Of a DNA stretch of 64,000 bases, positions 63,301-64,000 are shown in pieces; the first letter of the stretch is position 1, and each line of letters starts with the position of its first letter. This stretch comes from an uncultured euryarchaeote. Lineage in GTDB: Archaea > Thermoplasmatota > Poseidoniia > Poseidoniales > Poseidoniaceae. Where the stretch lies: contig CALBRH010000055.1 of the NCBI GenBank assembly GCA_937899865.1, positions 5,512 through 69,511 on the forward strand. The letters run 5' to 3'. The position numbers and the translations under genes were made by a program. The notes beneath the pieces are model-generated. The model had not been told where the DNA came from, made no database searches, and was given only the letters and a program-made list of their open reading frames with translations.

Positions 63301-63437
63301 ACAACTTCTGGGTCTGCGCCAGCCCTTGCACCTGTTTCTTCAAATTCATTTTGCTCTTGTAACTCGTACACATCGATACTGGATAAAACACTAGCCAGCA
63401 TCAAGATGACGAGAATCATTGGGGTCATTTTTCTCAT
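60357..63437 (-). CDS. Type-I anchored surface protein (1026 aa) with CARDB-like and PKD-like beta modules
   Basis: ATG preceded by GGAGGT (7-nt spacer). Signal peptide MILVILMLASVLSSIDV. Modules include GEPVNFKAYLRNSGDADLTNMQYQVTVYID (CARDB-like) and VVGDSVTFVGEAFDVEGDKLEFTWYDGSG (PKD-like). C-terminal TM WGVIGAVVVVAFVVGAFIL is followed by SRGEGEEDDDKEWDY. Confidence 0.85.
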   Translation of the reverse strand: MRKMTPMILVILMLASVLSSIDVYELQEQNEFEETGARAGADPEVVYVTSPRETIYATGGGTTNELLAGEPVNFKAYLRNSGDADLTNMQYQVTVYIDDQGQRGDVAQDLNGNDLSWANDNAVCPNSCQSSVIAPGDYLDSNGESTLVTSSGNVIEWIPFAGKYFVEVKVTSQVLGDPGNDEISFRVSVKDYHDIQVGLTWLDSDGEDVFGSVEGTDPVDFKVSVSLEGSMAGMTIRNTTIKVDVTGGLVFNSNAATDILGVQKTVDITDDGDGVTTTGTRMIIGADDVLNSTNRLTGESIMTLTPPSDGTYTVSVSILSYTVYEVSDSCAGGDVMCERTIAGTDAEDEYSGNNLGSIYGSATTVHDITLFDYYLAPHVVGGEGGEDEEESEETLDDRYGNIGEDISQTLSTGDYDMFAVVMHSSSSSTPIYEWNVTFTVTDLDAGTSTTYEATECEDLEYATHQYLGVATDKTPDADPVGFVCASHNFDVGEYVVEATVNMVGQYDEGSSTLDTKISDMVPSNNDWDYRVTVDNFAPNILSLKSTGNDVVVGDSVTFVGEAFDVEGDKLEFTWYDGSGAELCADTGGDGSCTVTTTDTMVPSFQVRMEVTDSYNTVDASISIDVMVDLTFQATGLADGFNAVYTAKLRASGLDVTFADGPVDQVEIDSCANSPTPVGSVTVNPSTTYDSSTVVEQTMHVHFPNDLGVQHMWMEAGNVVISVASGAGEEVDASTSGYTYSFPAGSDLIPAGTNFYLIAEDCETPNPPAGTITQLTASAAKGGDIVIAYNYDALLSNENVRIEVTMADGSTPDVTYDRVESDTRSVTWASGTDGQAYSVTAQLCNQYACGDSVSATVTSDASVAAVTANDVTISESGENWVVTWEPSAVDEDVAGWIVCYNRGEFTATEMKVMIDADACAMVMQGTEATIAKYTTVETTEVHFGVVPHDAVMNIAYGPSTDSILYDRAQDNTNPDDGSTTTDSEASSGVPTWTWGVIGAVVVVAFVVGAFILSRGEGEEDDDKEWDY

Positions 63438-63444
63438 AAGTATA

Positions 63445-63498
63445 CCTCCGACGGTTCGGTATCCTCACCCACGCCAAAGGTCGTATTTATACTATAGG
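63445..63498 (-). promoter_or_regulatory. Putative promoter and RBS of the 1026-aa gene
   Basis: On the sense strand, CCTATAGTATAAATA (TATA-like, plus-strand 63484..63498) lies about 50 nt upstream of the ATG. GGAGGT (63445..63450) is complementary to the archaeal 16S 3' end. Both are positional inference only. Confidence 0.4.
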
Positions 63499-63695
63499 AA
63501 GGATTTTTTCCCCCCTTAGCAACCTATTTCATACTTAAAATGCCACTATGTGAAGCATTTAGTAACCTAATTGGAGTATAGTTTTTGTATGAATGGCAAA
63601 ATTAAACCTCACAGATTTTTTAGATAGAATATTTATCAAATATCCCCTAATTTCTTGTAAAAAAGCAATTTGATTAAATTATAATCAATAATGCA

Positions 63696-64000
63696 TCATG
63701 ATTCTCTTAAAGCAGCGGATGGTGGTACTTTTGTCGCCCTTCTAATAGGTGCTGCAGTAGCTAACATTACCAGTAGCCATCCTCCTAAGACTATCATCAA
63801 AATAGTATTCCAAGGTAAGGTAAATGCAGCCCCTTGTTCTTGCCAAAAAGCAACATAGAGAGCACGATGGAAACCAATTGCGATTAGAACACCATTGATT
63901 ATTCCAAGAACTGCAACCCATGAAACCTCGATCAAGAATGATAGCATTACCATGCTCTTACGATAACCAAGCGCTCGTAATATACCGATTGTTTTACGGC
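63696..64000 (-). CDS. ABC transporter permease, FtsX family; only the C-terminal part is in the window
   Basis: The reading frame stays open upstream of the tracked Met to the window edge (..RKTIGILRALGYRKSMVMLSFLIE..). That is the FtsX cytoplasmic motif followed by helices and the typical C-terminal ..PIRRATKVPPSAALRES. Confidence 0.75.
   Translation of the reverse strand, partial: RKTIGILRALGYRKSMVMLSFLIEVSWVAVLGIINGVLIAIGFHRALYVAFWQEQGAAFTLPWNTILMIVLGGWLLVMLATAAPIRRATKVPPSAALRES

Noticed and set aside
1-64000. CRISPR arrays, rRNA genes, transposases, integrases, prophage or toxin-antitoxin/defence gene signatures.
   Set aside because: No direct-repeat/spacer periodicity, no rRNA-like conserved stretches, and no recombinase, nuclease or defence-domain motifs were seen in any of the supported ORFs. 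Tandem DNA repeats beyond the short acidic-tail similarity were not evident by eye. A dot plot would be needed to exclude diverged repeats.

Overview
AT-rich archaeal chromosomal segment. Archaeal identity rests on replication factor C small subunit, DNA polymerase D small subunit, Pelota, GatD, and a tRNA whose intron has a canonical bulge-helix-bulge splice motif. The gene mix (Fhs, PanB, NfeD/flotillin, MacB-type ABC transporter, bacterial-like catabolic genes, huge acidic surface proteins) would fit an uncultured marine planktonic euryarchaeote such as Marine Group II/III, but that is inference only. I see about 32 protein genes and 2 tRNAs. I see no rRNA, CRISPR array, transposase or integrase. 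Five ORFs (876, 3083, 930, 5514 and 1026 aa; 34,302 of 64,000 nt, about 54% of the window) encode type-I anchored surface proteins. Each has an N-terminal signal-like segment, a huge repeat-rich ectodomain, one C-terminal TM helix and an acidic cytoplasmic tail. The most unusual observation is in the 5514-aa ORF. After its C-terminal TM helix and a 20-aa acidic loop, it continues in frame into a near-consensus archaeal type IV pilin-like (class III signal / DUF1628-type) hydrophobic segment and a ~150-aa pilin-like domain. That is a giant adhesin-pilin fusion I cannot match to anything described. Other points of interest:
- Recurring D-x-YGDG modules and beta-helix blocks in the 5514-aa protein.
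- Seven 'TWN ... RP-L-I-Y' modules in the 3083-aa protein.
- A shared tripartite cytoplasmic tail on the 3083/876 pair.
- An alpha/beta-hydrolase-like head whose nucleophile Ser is replaced by Gly on the 930-aa protein.
- Two related sense-strand-specific GC hairpins with the same UUUCGG loop 3' of the two largest-cluster genes.
- A LigB-type dioxygenase pair whose second subunit is fused to a RidA-type domain (2-aminophenol/amn-like logic).
All domain calls come from motif recognition by eye. No homology search, HMM, structure or folding calculation was run.
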